DNA of 62,269 nucleotides, the filler included, from Gemmatimonadota bacterium (lineage in GTDB: Bacteria > 4572-55 > J002), in assembly GCA_003697105.1 (NCBI GenBank). It is 5 parts of 5 records of this genome, joined end to end, with 100 filler letters (N's around TTAATTAATTAA, not from the genome) between each part and the next. Parts side by side here need not be neighbours in the genome. Positions count along the whole stretch, not along the records: positions 49,667 to 59,153 come from RFFQ01000049.1; positions 59,254 to 62,269 come from RFFQ01000081.1; 3 more parts are not named here. The stretch is one strand, 5' to 3'. Every line of letters starts with the position of its first letter. Position 1 is the first letter of the stretch. The notes under the pieces were generated by a model. It saw nothing but the letters and a program-made list of their open reading frames with translations. It was not told the DNA's origin and searched no databases. A program made the position numbers and the translations under genes. This document shows positions 49,841 through 59,273 of this stretch, piece after piece.

Positions 49841-52195
49841 GTGCTACAACCCGGTGATATTATTGATAATAAGTACACCATTGTTCGTAAAATTGCTTCC
49901 GCAGGATTTGGTACGGTTTACGAAGGTTGGCATGAGCGTTTAGGTCGCAAAGTAGCGATTAAAGCCATTTTACCCGGTTTAGCGGAAGAAGAACGATTCA
50001 TGCACATGTTTGAGGATGAAGCGCGTAATACCGCAAACCTCAATCACGAGAACATTGTACAAGTGTATGATTTTATCATCGATGCCCAAAAAGGGCAATT
50101 TTTTATGGTGATGCAGTTGATCGATGGTAAAGATTTGCGCCAGATCATGAAGCAGATTCGGACGCAGTCTCCCAAAGGAAAAATGCCGTATGATCTGGTG
50201 GCGTACATTATTAGCCGCACGTGCTCTGCTTTGGCGTATGCTCATGAACGAGAAGACCCACAAACAGGCAAAAAACTGGATTTAGTTCATCGGGATGTGT
50301 CACCTTCCAATATCATGGTTGCCTACAATGGCGTTGTTAAACTGATGGATTTCGGGATTGCCAAAGCGGAAGGGCGTAAAAGTGAACACACCCGTACCGG
50401 GGTATTGAAGGGGAAAATTTCGTATATGTCCCCGGAACAAGCGATGGGGCAAAAATTAGAAGGTCAATCTGATATTTATTCCTTAGGAATTGTCATGTTT
50501 GAGCTATTGACCTTCAAAAAAGCATTTCAAGGCAATACCGATTTGGATGTGTTACAAAAGGTCGCCAAAGGGGAGATTGATACCTCGGCACTCGATGATC
50601 CCGATATCCCACCGGCACTAAAGGCAATTACGCTCAAAGCCACAGAACGCGATATGTCTAAACGCTATCAAACCGCGCAGGAAATGTATTTAGATTTACA
50701 TAAATATTTTTCCTCCATTGATAGCCAATCCATGCAAAGTAAGCTTGCCAAATATATGCAGAAACTCTTTGCTGAAGAGCTAAAACAGAGAGATTCGGCC
50801 CCCGAAGTGCCGCCACGCACCTTGAACACCTCGGTCGGGGATGTATCGGAAATGGCGACAGGCGTTATCACCCGTCCTTCGACGGTTTCGCCGCCTCCTA
50901 CGCCCGCTTCCACCCAACCGTCACCCTCCTTCAAATTATCACGGCCGATTATCGCCGGAAGTATCGGACTCGTTCTGTTTATTCTGGCATTTTTATTTAT
51001 TCCGCGCCTCTTTCCTTCTACTTATGGTGTTATTGATTCCATCCCGACCGGCGCCGATGTCAAAATCAACGGAACTTACCTCGGCTCGACCCCGTTTCAG
51101 GTCAGAAGTGAACATGTCCGCCCGGGTAAGCAATACGATCTGGTGCTTTCTCACCCAAATTTTTTTGATTTACATCATGTACTCGTTATCGATGATAAAA
51201 AGAATATGCGGGTAGATGGCGCGGAACTGCTAAACGCCAATGAAAATGCCTATCGATTGCGTTTTCAGGCACAGTTAAACATCAGTACCATTCCGCCTAA
51301 GGGCAAAATTTTATTGCAGAATGAAGAAATTGGCGTCGCACCATTAGAGTATATTTATGAAGCGTCCGAAATTCCATTGAACTTGCGGGCAACCTTTCCC
51401 GGTCTGGATTCACCCGATCCCTTAGTGGTAAATCTAGCCAGTGGCGCCACTTCAAACTCAACTTCATGGGAAATCGAATCCTTACGGCAGGGAGTTTATC
51501 GGATTGTAGGGAAATTTAACCGCCGGGTGACTATTAATGCCGTCCCCCCGGGTGCGGCGGACCTTTTTGTGGATGGAAAACCCATGGGACCGGTGCCAAT
51601 TGAGCTATCCCTGCCTTTTGGTGAGCATGAGATTCGCATTGATCGCGGTGACCTGAGTTCCGGTAATGAAGTTTTTGTGGTATCACAAACCGATTCCGTT
51701 TTTAATCTGGTTTTGAAAAAGAAAGTTCGTTTCAAGGCATTTGCCGCGGCAACCAACGAACCGCTTCCCGCCAATATCACTATTTATGATGGTGATAACC
51801 GGAAGATTTCGTCGGGCAGCGCACCGGCACTTTTAGCTGTTCCGGCAGGTAATGCGACAGCGGAATTTGAGTACTCCGGCTATAAAACGGTGCAAGTGCC
51901 GGTAAATGCGTCCCGTGATACTTTAATCGAAGTTCAACTGGATATTATTCGTCCGGTCATCGTGGTGGAAGTAACAGATACAAACGGCAATAAGCTTTCC
52001 GGTGTTTCTGTGCGGAGTGATACCGGATTTAAAGCGCGTACCAATGCCCTTGGGGTCGCTGTGCTGGAAGTGTCTCCGAACCGGACTCATGAATTTAGTG
52101 TCGAAAAGGAAGGATACCGTCCATTGCGCGGCTTGAAAGTAAGTGTTGGGCCCTCTGGACGTAAAAAGTTACCGGCGGTATTGAGACCCCGATGA
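49841..52195 (+). CDS. Membrane Ser/Thr protein kinase with periplasmic PEGA-like domains
   Basis: VAIK, HRDVSPSN, DFG, YMSPE; one TM; IDSIPTGADVKINGTYLGSTP PEGA-type repeats. Confidence 0.92.
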   Translation: MLQPGDIIDNKYTIVRKIASAGFGTVYEGWHERLGRKVAIKAILPGLAEEERFMHMFEDEARNTANLNHENIVQVYDFIIDAQKGQFFMVMQLIDGKDLRQIMKQIRTQSPKGKMPYDLVAYIISRTCSALAYAHEREDPQTGKKLDLVHRDVSPSNIMVAYNGVVKLMDFGIAKAEGRKSEHTRTGVLKGKISYMSPEQAMGQKLEGQSDIYSLGIVMFELLTFKKAFQGNTDLDVLQKVAKGEIDTSALDDPDIPPALKAITLKATERDMSKRYQTAQEMYLDLHKYFSSIDSQSMQSKLAKYMQKLFAEELKQRDSAPEVPPRTLNTSVGDVSEMATGVITRPSTVSPPPTPASTQPSPSFKLSRPIIAGSIGLVLFILAFLFIPRLFPSTYGVIDSIPTGADVKINGTYLGSTPFQVRSEHVRPGKQYDLVLSHPNFFDLHHVLVIDDKKNMRVDGAELLNANENAYRLRFQAQLNISTIPPKGKILLQNEEIGVAPLEYIYEASEIPLNLRATFPGLDSPDPLVVNLASGATSNSTSWEIESLRQGVYRIVGKFNRRVTINAVPPGAADLFVDGKPMGPVPIELSLPFGEHEIRIDRGDLSSGNEVFVVSQTDSVFNLVLKKKVRFKAFAAATNEPLPANITIYDGDNRKISSGSAPALLAVPAGNATAEFEYSGYKTVQVPVNASRDTLIEVQLDIIRPVIVVEVTDTNGNKLSGVSVRSDTGFKARTNALGVAVLEVSPNRTHEFSVEKEGYRPLRGLKVSVGPSGRKKLPAVLRPR

Positions 52196-53181
52196 AACAC
52201 CAGCCCCAAACGGTGCTTCAGGATGTCCGCCATGGTAACATCAAACCGTTATATCTATTCCACGGTGACGTGGATTTCCTGAAGCAAGAACTTATCACCC
52301 GTATGATCGAACAGATCGTCCCGGCAACCGTTCGATCATTTAATTATGACCGCCTATATGGTAAAGAAATTGACGCACCATATCTAATTGATGTGGCGTC
52401 ACAATTACCGATGATGTCCAAATGGCGCGTAGTCGTAGTACATGAGGGGGATAGGTTATCTCAAAAAGACAAAAATATCCTGCTTCGCTATCTGGCAAAT
52501 CCAACCCCCTCCACATGCCTAATTTTTTTAACCGGAAAAATAAATCTTCAAACCAAATTTTATCATGCCTTTTTGGCGCATGGTATTGCCGTTGAATTTG
52601 CGCCGTTGTATGATCATGACATTATCCCTTGGTTAAAAAAACGAGCTACTCAAAAATATCAAAAACAACTCACTTCAGAAGCCGCTTTTACCTTACACTC
52701 ATATACCGGTAGCGGCATGGGTGATTTGGATAAAGAATTGGAAAAGCTGGCATTGTTCGTGGGAGACCGTGCCGAAATTACAGAAGGCGATGTTCGGGAG
52801 TTAGTCGGTGTCTCCCGCACCTTCTCCGTTTTTGACCTGACCGATGCGATTGCAGAACGCAAAACCATCCAGTCCATTTCCATTTTAGAGAAGATGTTGA
52901 GCACCAACGAGAGTGAGGTCTATATCGTTTCTATGCTTGTTCGTCACTTTTTTATGATTTGGAAAGCCCGAACCGCCCCAAATGTGGCTGGAGTTGCCAA
53001 ATTGTTACACGTTCCTCCATTTATTGCCAAAAAGTATTACCAACACGCTAAAAATTTTTCGCCGTGGCAACTGGCGGTTGTTTTTGAAAGTCTGTACGAA
53101 ACCGATCTAAAGTTAAAGACCAGTTCAGGTGACCCCAAAGTCCTCATGGAATTCCTTGTTTACCGTATCTGCACTGCTTAA
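52192..53181 (+). CDS. holA: DNA polymerase III subunit delta
   Basis: PLYLFHG, FNYDRLYGKE, LPMMS, ELEKL, VFDLTDAI, DLKLK. Confidence 0.9.
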   Translation: MKHQPQTVLQDVRHGNIKPLYLFHGDVDFLKQELITRMIEQIVPATVRSFNYDRLYGKEIDAPYLIDVASQLPMMSKWRVVVVHEGDRLSQKDKNILLRYLANPTPSTCLIFLTGKINLQTKFYHAFLAHGIAVEFAPLYDHDIIPWLKKRATQKYQKQLTSEAAFTLHSYTGSGMGDLDKELEKLALFVGDRAEITEGDVRELVGVSRTFSVFDLTDAIAERKTIQSISILEKMLSTNESEVYIVSMLVRHFFMIWKARTAPNVAGVAKLLHVPPFIAKKYYQHAKNFSPWQLAVVFESLYETDLKLKTSSGDPKVLMEFLVYRICTA

Positions 53182-53204
53182 TCACCTTACAGGACGGCTT
53201 ATAC

Positions 53205-53594
53205 ATGGCATTTTTAAAATATCATTTACCGGTCCTTGTCTGGCTGGTTATTTTGACTATCGGAACTTCTTTACCGGGCACAACCCTACCCACGTCGGTG
53301 CTGTGGGGCTACGATAAATGGATGCACTTTGGTGCTTATACGGTGCTTAGTATTTTACTGTGGTGGTCACTTATCCATCTAAAAAGCCGCCGGTTACGAC
53401 GTTGGGCGCCATTAATCGCTATTTTGACCTGCGGGGTTTGGGGAGCTTTGGATGAAATTCACCAAGTGATCATTCCAAATCGCGCCCCCGATATTTATGA
53501 TTGGTTAGCAAACCTTTTCGGAGGGATGTTCGGTCAAGGGGTTGTGATTGGACTCAAACAGCTCATCTCTCTCAGTCTATTGATCCTCAAGTGA
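53205..53594 (+). CDS. VanZ-like membrane protein
   Basis: DKWMHFGAY, DEIHQ..IPNR, DWLAN. Confidence 0.85.
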   Translation: MAFLKYHLPVLVWLVILTIGTSLPGTTLPTSVLWGYDKWMHFGAYTVLSILLWWSLIHLKSRRLRRWAPLIAILTCGVWGALDEIHQVIIPNRAPDIYDWLANLFGGMFGQGVVIGLKQLISLSLLILK

Positions 53595-54769
53595 CTCCTC
53601 TCACCGGTTTTGTTTTATTATGGGCTATTGCTACGAGCCTCATCTGGATTTTCGGGAGTATAAAAGCCGCGTTTGACCTCGCTCGGATACCCCAAATTTC
53701 TCATGTAAACCCCCCGAAGCCCGCTGTTTATCCCCGATTAAGTGTAATTATCCCAGCTTGTAACGAAGAAGATACACTTGCCCGCGCTTTGCAAACCCTC
53801 CTGGATCAAGATTACCCTGATTTAGAAGTGATCGTTGTCAATGACCGCTCTACGGATGCCACCGGTGTGATTTTAAACCAGATGGCTCAGCAGGATGACC
53901 GGATCGTCCCCATTCACATCCACCAGTTGCCGGATGGATGGCTTGGTAAAGTAAATGCCCTACATCAAGGAGTACAACGGGCTACCGGCGATTGGTTGTT
54001 GTTCACGGATGCTGATATTTATTATGCCCCGGGTGTACTGCGGCAAAGTATCGCCTATAGTTTACATCGCCAATTAGACCATTTGGCGTTGTTAGCCGAT
54101 TTCCATTCCCCGTCCTTGGGGGCAGACATCGCCATTTCGGGCTTTTTAGGATTAGGATTGGCAAAATGGGAACCCCACAAAGTCGAAGACCCAAACTCAG
54201 ATGTTTTTATTGGGGTCGGAGCATTTAATCTGATTCGGAGGTCTGCTTTTGAAGACACCCCCGGGTTTGAATGGCTCAAGATGGAAGTGGTCGATGATAT
54301 TGGGCTGGGGAAATTGATGCACGTGTACCGTAAACATAGCGCCATTGCACTTGCCAAAAATGCACTTTCGGTGCAATGGTATCCCTCTTTGATGGCAATG
54401 ATGCGTGGTTTAGAGAAAAACACCTTTGGTGCCGCCGCCAACTATAACTATCTAAATTTATTTGGGTTTATAATTCTTTTTTGGGGATTTCTGTTGGGTC
54501 CGGTTGGGATTTTCCTGATGGATATTCCATTCCGGTGGGTATTACCACTGGGTGTATTCATCGCCATGATGGGGTATGGGTATGCCATGAAGATACATCT
54601 CAATCGACCTTTGAAAACATTTTTATTCTTTCCCTTTGGATTATTTATGTTTTCACTAGCGATTTTACGCGCTGGGATTTTATGCGGTTTACGGGGAGGT
54701 GTGGTGTGGCGGGGAACACATTACCCAACCGCCCAATTAAAAGCCGGCCAGCGAATTAAAATGACGTGA
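53591..54769 (+). CDS. GT2 family glycosyltransferase (membrane, HpnB/CrtQ-like)
   Basis: IIPACNEE, NDRSTD, GWLGK, FTDAD, VVDDI, WRG; GTGA overlap start. Confidence 0.85.
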   Translation: MTPLTGFVLLWAIATSLIWIFGSIKAAFDLARIPQISHVNPPKPAVYPRLSVIIPACNEEDTLARALQTLLDQDYPDLEVIVVNDRSTDATGVILNQMAQQDDRIVPIHIHQLPDGWLGKVNALHQGVQRATGDWLLFTDADIYYAPGVLRQSIAYSLHRQLDHLALLADFHSPSLGADIAISGFLGLGLAKWEPHKVEDPNSDVFIGVGAFNLIRRSAFEDTPGFEWLKMEVVDDIGLGKLMHVYRKHSAIALAKNALSVQWYPSLMAMMRGLEKNTFGAAANYNYLNLFGFIILFWGFLLGPVGIFLMDIPFRWVLPLGVFIAMMGYGYAMKIHLNRPLKTFLFFPFGLFMFSLAILRAGILCGLRGGVVWRGTHYPTAQLKAGQRIKMT

Positions 54770-55339
54770 GGGATGTCTATAACTATATTTACATAATGTG
54801 CAACCCCCCCCTTCCGCACTTAAAATCGTAACCTGTTGATAATACTAATGTTACGAAAATTGGGGATCAAAAATTAAAAAAGATAACCTCAATATTATCA
54901 GCTACTTAAGTATGGGGTGCGGAATGTCGGTTGTAAAGCGTTTTGACGCAAATTCGCCCGTAAAAGACCCCCGCACACCATTCGCCACAACACGGTGTCG
55001 ATTGAATTGACTGGCATTAGTTAAAAAATCCACGCCTTGTAGGGAAGTGTTCCCCGCAGATATCTGAAATGAAAATTTTTTGCATCCAAAATTTGGGGCA
55101 GTTGCTCCGGTAGAAGTACACCAACCACCGGACATAGTCACGTTTGGTGAGAAATCACTCATACTCATAAAGGCGATTGGTTGAGATTTTGGGGGGGGAG
55201 GGTCACCGGAACAACCGGACGATATGTGAGTGTATGTGAGTGATGGAAGTGATGAAGATGGCGGGATCGAATAAAAGGAATCACCGCAGGTATTATTACA
55301 TTATTACAAAAGGGCGGATTGGTCTATAATTACTAATTA

Positions 55340-55367
55340 AGTTTACATAAGATATATTATACACAAC
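55340..55367 (-). other. dif: Probable chromosomal dif site (XerC/XerD target)
   Basis: Minus strand GTTGTGTATAA-TATATC-TTATGTAAACT has the 11-6-11 architecture. The right arm equals the B. subtilis dif XerD-type arm. Intergenic, between convergent gene blocks. Confidence 0.8.
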
Positions 55368-55370
55368 AAA

Positions 55371-57620
55371 TCATTCATCAAACTCCACCCGGAAATCAAC
55401 CATCTTATCCCGATCAACTGTAATCCGCCCAAGTGAAATCTCCGCCACAGAAACCTCATAATCCCCCGCAGCTAAAAACGGAAACGCATAATAACCGCTA
55501 TTATCCGTCCACTGTACCGGTTGTCCCGTAAGAGTAACGGGGATGTCTTTAAGCGGATGGTTCATACCATCCCGCACATACCCCCGGCACGTAAAGGATT
55601 GGGTATGAGTCGCCCCGAAGTATTCCGCCAGGCTATAAACAAGTGCCGCACGAAGTCGATCCATTTCTACTTCACCAAATGAGGACGACACCCTAATTTG
55701 AACCGCCGGGCATGCCGTCTGCGCCAACTGGTACTGGGTGCTTTCGCCTACGCGACAACTGAGAAATTTGCTAAGGTACGCTTGCAGCAAATGCGCCAAC
55801 CGCTCTCCGTTTTGGCTCCCGGGGTAGTGGTAAACCCAAACCCCCGGCGGATCGGATGTTACGGCTTCGCAGAGTAAGTACAGATGCGGCATAAAGCGGA
55901 GTGATGCTGCTACATTCTGCACTTCGTTGCCTGTAACAATTTCTGTTAGCAACCCAAAATTATGTAAATTTGAAGTTATGGGAGCTAATTGTGACGTTGC
56001 CACATCAAACAGGATGCGCTTGCCCCGTAAAACCCCCTGAAAAAGGGGTTCCAGCCCAATGCGTAAAGACCGGTTCGATTCGTATCGAGCCAAAAATACC
56101 GTGAGATAACCCGGCGCTGAAACTGTCAAATGCGGGCGCTCCCGCGCATTTTGAGGTAGCGGGATGGTAAACCCCCCATCATCGCGCACCCGATAACAGG
56201 CGAGATCATCGCCAAAACAGAGTTCTGTCTGAGGTAAAGGGGTACCTGCCGGATCGACGACTGTTCCCCATAACCATTGCTGTGAGGTACTATCGTCATG
56301 AACAGTTACCATTTCTGCTGTTGCGGTGCGACCTTGACACGTGGCATGAATCCACAAACGTGCGGCAGTGGACCGTAAGTTTAAGGGCGGGTAGTATGTT
56401 GTAGATGCGATTCCATGCGGATTAAGCATGAGGGTATCTTGTGAAAATGAACCAACGTCAGATGAGAATACAACCGCCGGTGATTTCCCCACCGGATACC
56501 CCCCATCAAAGCGCGCTTGTACAAACACCCCCACCGGCATGGGTGCCGAAATGACTGCGGGGGTCAATTCCAAACTCAACTGAGAAGGGGCGAGTCGAAC
56601 CTGAAAATATCCGCTATAGGCGCGGGTCGAATTACCTGCCCGATTGCGCGCCGTGATCTGAAGACGATATTCACCGCTTTTCAATTGAGGACGGCATGTG
56701 AACCGGTGAGTTACGGGGTCATAATCCACTGGATAAGGAGTATCATTTAAATAGAGTTCGATAGATGCCGGGTCAATCCCTTCTTCCCCAATGGCGTCTG
56801 CTGGAGAAGCCCCATCACGAATATACCCAGAGATCAGCGGCTGGGAGGTGAAAATCACGGCGCTATCAGCGGGAGATACGGCTTCTATTACCGGAATCCG
56901 GCGAGCAAAATATTCCCAGATGCCATTAAAATACGCATCCGCCTCCTGTTGCAAAAAACGAGGGTTGCGCAGTTTTCGCTCCATACGTCGGTTGGAAAGA
57001 TAGACCGCCTCACCAAGTATTGCCGTGCAGGTAACGTTTCGAATCACATATTGGTTGCCGGGGATCAACCCTCCATCTTGGCTATCTAAGGCTTTCAATA
57101 GATGGTAATGAATCGAAGCCGCCAAATCTCGCGAGGATCCCGGATCACGGAGCTGGTAATAAGTTTCGGTCTGGTTAAATGATGGGAGTCGTTCCGGTAG
57201 CGAGTTATGGTGGATCGAAACGAAGAGGTCTGCCGCTTTTTTCTGGGCAACATCGCATCGATATTGCAGGTCTTCCCGCAATTCGTCCGCCAAATGAACA
57301 TCTTTGAGCCGTGTCAGGATGACGGCAGCGCCGGCACTTTGGAGCCGGTCTGCCAAAAGCAACGCCACTGCTAAATTCACATCACATTCCCGCAACCCGC
57401 TCTCCCCTATCGCGCCCGGAAATTTACCTCCATGACCGGGGTCAATCACTATTTTCTTGCCCATCAAGGCACGGGGTAGATGTTGGCGCTCCGGTACAAT
57501 CCGGCGTGGGGGGTTTCCATGAAGAATGGGCGGCTCATTCTGTATAACAACCGGACGCGGTGCACAACTTATGATCATTGCCAACAATATCAGCAATAAA
57601 ATGATACGAGGAAACATCAT
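55371..57620 (-). CDS. N-acetylmuramoyl-L-alanine amidase (Amidase_3) lipoprotein with Ig-like domains
   Basis: Lipobox IISC; IDPGHGG, ECDVNL, SIHHN, ILGE; Ig-like and carboxypeptidase-reg-like domains. Confidence 0.85.
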   Translation of the reverse strand: MMFPRIILLLILLAMIISCAPRPVVIQNEPPILHGNPPRRIVPERQHLPRALMGKKIVIDPGHGGKFPGAIGESGLRECDVNLAVALLLADRLQSAGAAVILTRLKDVHLADELREDLQYRCDVAQKKAADLFVSIHHNSLPERLPSFNQTETYYQLRDPGSSRDLAASIHYHLLKALDSQDGGLIPGNQYVIRNVTCTAILGEAVYLSNRRMERKLRNPRFLQQEADAYFNGIWEYFARRIPVIEAVSPADSAVIFTSQPLISGYIRDGASPADAIGEEGIDPASIELYLNDTPYPVDYDPVTHRFTCRPQLKSGEYRLQITARNRAGNSTRAYSGYFQVRLAPSQLSLELTPAVISAPMPVGVFVQARFDGGYPVGKSPAVVFSSDVGSFSQDTLMLNPHGIASTTYYPPLNLRSTAARLWIHATCQGRTATAEMVTVHDDSTSQQWLWGTVVDPAGTPLPQTELCFGDDLACYRVRDDGGFTIPLPQNARERPHLTVSAPGYLTVFLARYESNRSLRIGLEPLFQGVLRGKRILFDVATSQLAPITSNLHNFGLLTEIVTGNEVQNVAASLRFMPHLYLLCEAVTSDPPGVWVYHYPGSQNGERLAHLLQAYLSKFLSCRVGESTQYQLAQTACPAVQIRVSSSFGEVEMDRLRAALVYSLAEYFGATHTQSFTCRGYVRDGMNHPLKDIPVTLTGQPVQWTDNSGYYAFPFLAAGDYEVSVAEISLGRITVDRDKMVDFRVEFDE

Positions 57621-57624
57621 TTAT

Positions 57625-58146
57625 TTACCAATTTTCCAATATCTTAGCCGCCATTTCATCTGCCAGCATCTCCAACGCCGCATCTCGCGCCGCCTCTTCC
57701 TTATCAATGGTATCGCCCGTTGCATCATCAATCGCATACACCTTGTAGCCGCGGGTATTAGTGGCGGAACTCAATACCCGTTTTTCCACCTGATCCGTGA
57801 ATTTCCACGAACACGAAATCGTAATCCGATATTCCTGAATCAATCCGGCTTCATCATAGGATTCACGACTTTTGGTATATGATGTAATTTCGCCTTCCAA
57901 TGTGGCATCCACTTGGTCTAAAGATGTGAGCACTCGCAAGCCTGCCGCTTGAAATTTTTGGGTTAATAATTGGCCTAATGCCTCTTCCATCCCGTACCGG
58001 TCAGTCTGGTTATGGAAGGTTGGAATTGCTACCGTTTTAATGTGTTTTGGCAAGGTATTGATCGTAAATCCATAGGGACAACCACATCCTCCCCACAAGC
58101 AACTACATCCGGCAATCAGTAATAAAAACCATCCCGCTCGCCCCAT
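57625..58146 (-). CDS. lptE: LptE-family lipoprotein
   Basis: Lipoprotein signal; LPKHIKTVAIPTFHNQT, ATLEGEITSY, terminal ENW. Start re-called at MGRAG. Confidence 0.72.
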   Translation of the reverse strand: MGRAGWFLLLIAGCSCLWGGCGCPYGFTINTLPKHIKTVAIPTFHNQTDRYGMEEALGQLLTQKFQAAGLRVLTSLDQVDATLEGEITSYTKSRESYDEAGLIQEYRITISCSWKFTDQVEKRVLSSATNTRGYKVYAIDDATGDTIDKEEAARDAALEMLADEMAAKILENW

Positions 58147-58174
58147 CCTGCTATCTCCATTAATAGAGTCATAA

Positions 58175-58873
58175 TTAACCATACATGATCGATTGTAAAT
58201 AGGCTTCAAACTGGTTCCGAAATTGGGTGGCGCCACCATTTGCCGGATGGCGCACTTTTACTGTTGCCACGCCGGCACGTTGAAGTACCTGATGGGACTT
58301 ATTGCCAATTGCGATAACATGACGTACCCCTGTTAAGTGGATCATCTGTTTCAACAATTGGCAACCCACCGCCAGCTCTCCAGCATCGGGTGTCCGATTG
58401 GTGAGACCGCCTTTTTCCGGCTTGAACGGATGCCACGGATACGCATTCCACAAGATAATATCATACGGGTCAAGCCCTAACTCGATAATTTTACCCCACA
58501 CAATTGTTGCCGTATTCTCTGAAAAGCCATTAGGTTTGAGTTCCGGTTTGCTCGTGCGCTGCGGAGGAATGCTCTGGAAAACCATCTGGGGGATAATCCC
58601 TTGATGGGTCTTTCCGCCGAGTAAAATCCGCTCGGAGGTCATTGCTATTCCTGAAAAATGCCCTCCCTGATACCCGATTGCTTCCGCCAACAGCAAAAAT
58701 TGAGCTTTCCCGATTCGTTCTTTTAGATAACATCGCAACTGTTCGCGCCGGATTTCGGCAGCGCTCTCATCAATGTCATATTCGGGGTCTGTTTGCCACC
58801 ACGGATTAAATACATCTGGGCGTTGGGGCGCATGTTTCAGTTGATTAATAAACCGGTTCAGATTCGCCGGCAT
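58175..58873 (-). CDS. Uracil-DNA glycosylase superfamily protein
   Basis: EAIGYQG, TSER, WNAYPWHP, NRTP, VRHPANGG. Confidence 0.82.
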   Translation of the reverse strand: MPANLNRFINQLKHAPQRPDVFNPWWQTDPEYDIDESAAEIRREQLRCYLKERIGKAQFLLLAEAIGYQGGHFSGIAMTSERILLGGKTHQGIIPQMVFQSIPPQRTSKPELKPNGFSENTATIVWGKIIELGLDPYDIILWNAYPWHPFKPEKGGLTNRTPDAGELAVGCQLLKQMIHLTGVRHVIAIGNKSHQVLQRAGVATVKVRHPANGGATQFRNQFEAYLQSIMYG

Positions 58874-58891
58874 CGGTATCCGTCCTCCGTA

Positions 58892-59152
58892 TTAATTCAC
58901 AACCTGAACAATGCTACCATCGCTCAAATATGGTGCGCCTTCGGTCACAACTTGACCAATACCCTCCAGTCCTGTAGAAACTGCTAAATGACGCTCAAAA
59001 AGGTATGCCATCCGGATGGGCAGTTTGCGCACAGTTTGTCGGTTCTCATCTACCGCAAATACAAATCCCTGAGCGGCATCCCCTTCGATCAGGGATTCCA
59101 CTGGAATAACAAAGTAACTCTGCGGATTTGCCGGCTGTATATCTACTTTAGC
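58892..59152 (-). CDS. RND efflux periplasmic adaptor, C-terminal fragment
   Basis: AKVDI..VIPVESLIE..FVF..VSTGL..VVTEGAPYLSDGSIV; truncated by gap. Confidence 0.75.
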   Translation of the reverse strand, partial: AKVDIQPANPQSYFVIPVESLIEGDAAQGFVFAVDENRQTVRKLPIRMAYLFERHLAVSTGLEGIGQVVTEGAPYLSDGSIVQVVN

Positions 59153-59153
59153 G

Positions 59154-59253
59154 NNNNNNNNNNNNNNNNNNNNNNNNNNNNNNNNNNNNNNNNNNNNTTA
59201 ATTAATTAANNNNNNNNNNNNNNNNNNNNNNNNNNNNNNNNNNNNNNNNNNNN
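59154..59253. other. Artificial contig linker
   Basis: N-TTAATTAATTAA-N. Confidence 0.98.
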
Positions 59254-59273
59254 AACTCCCAAACTCCCCAACT
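59254..59273 (+). repeat. AACTCNNN repeat remnant at contig start
   Basis: AACTCCCA AACTCCCC AACT, same unit as 8122-8260. Confidence 0.7.

Noticed and set aside
54902-55168. 88-aa ORF near dif
   Set aside because: No clear RBS or family features; cannot be supported as a gene.
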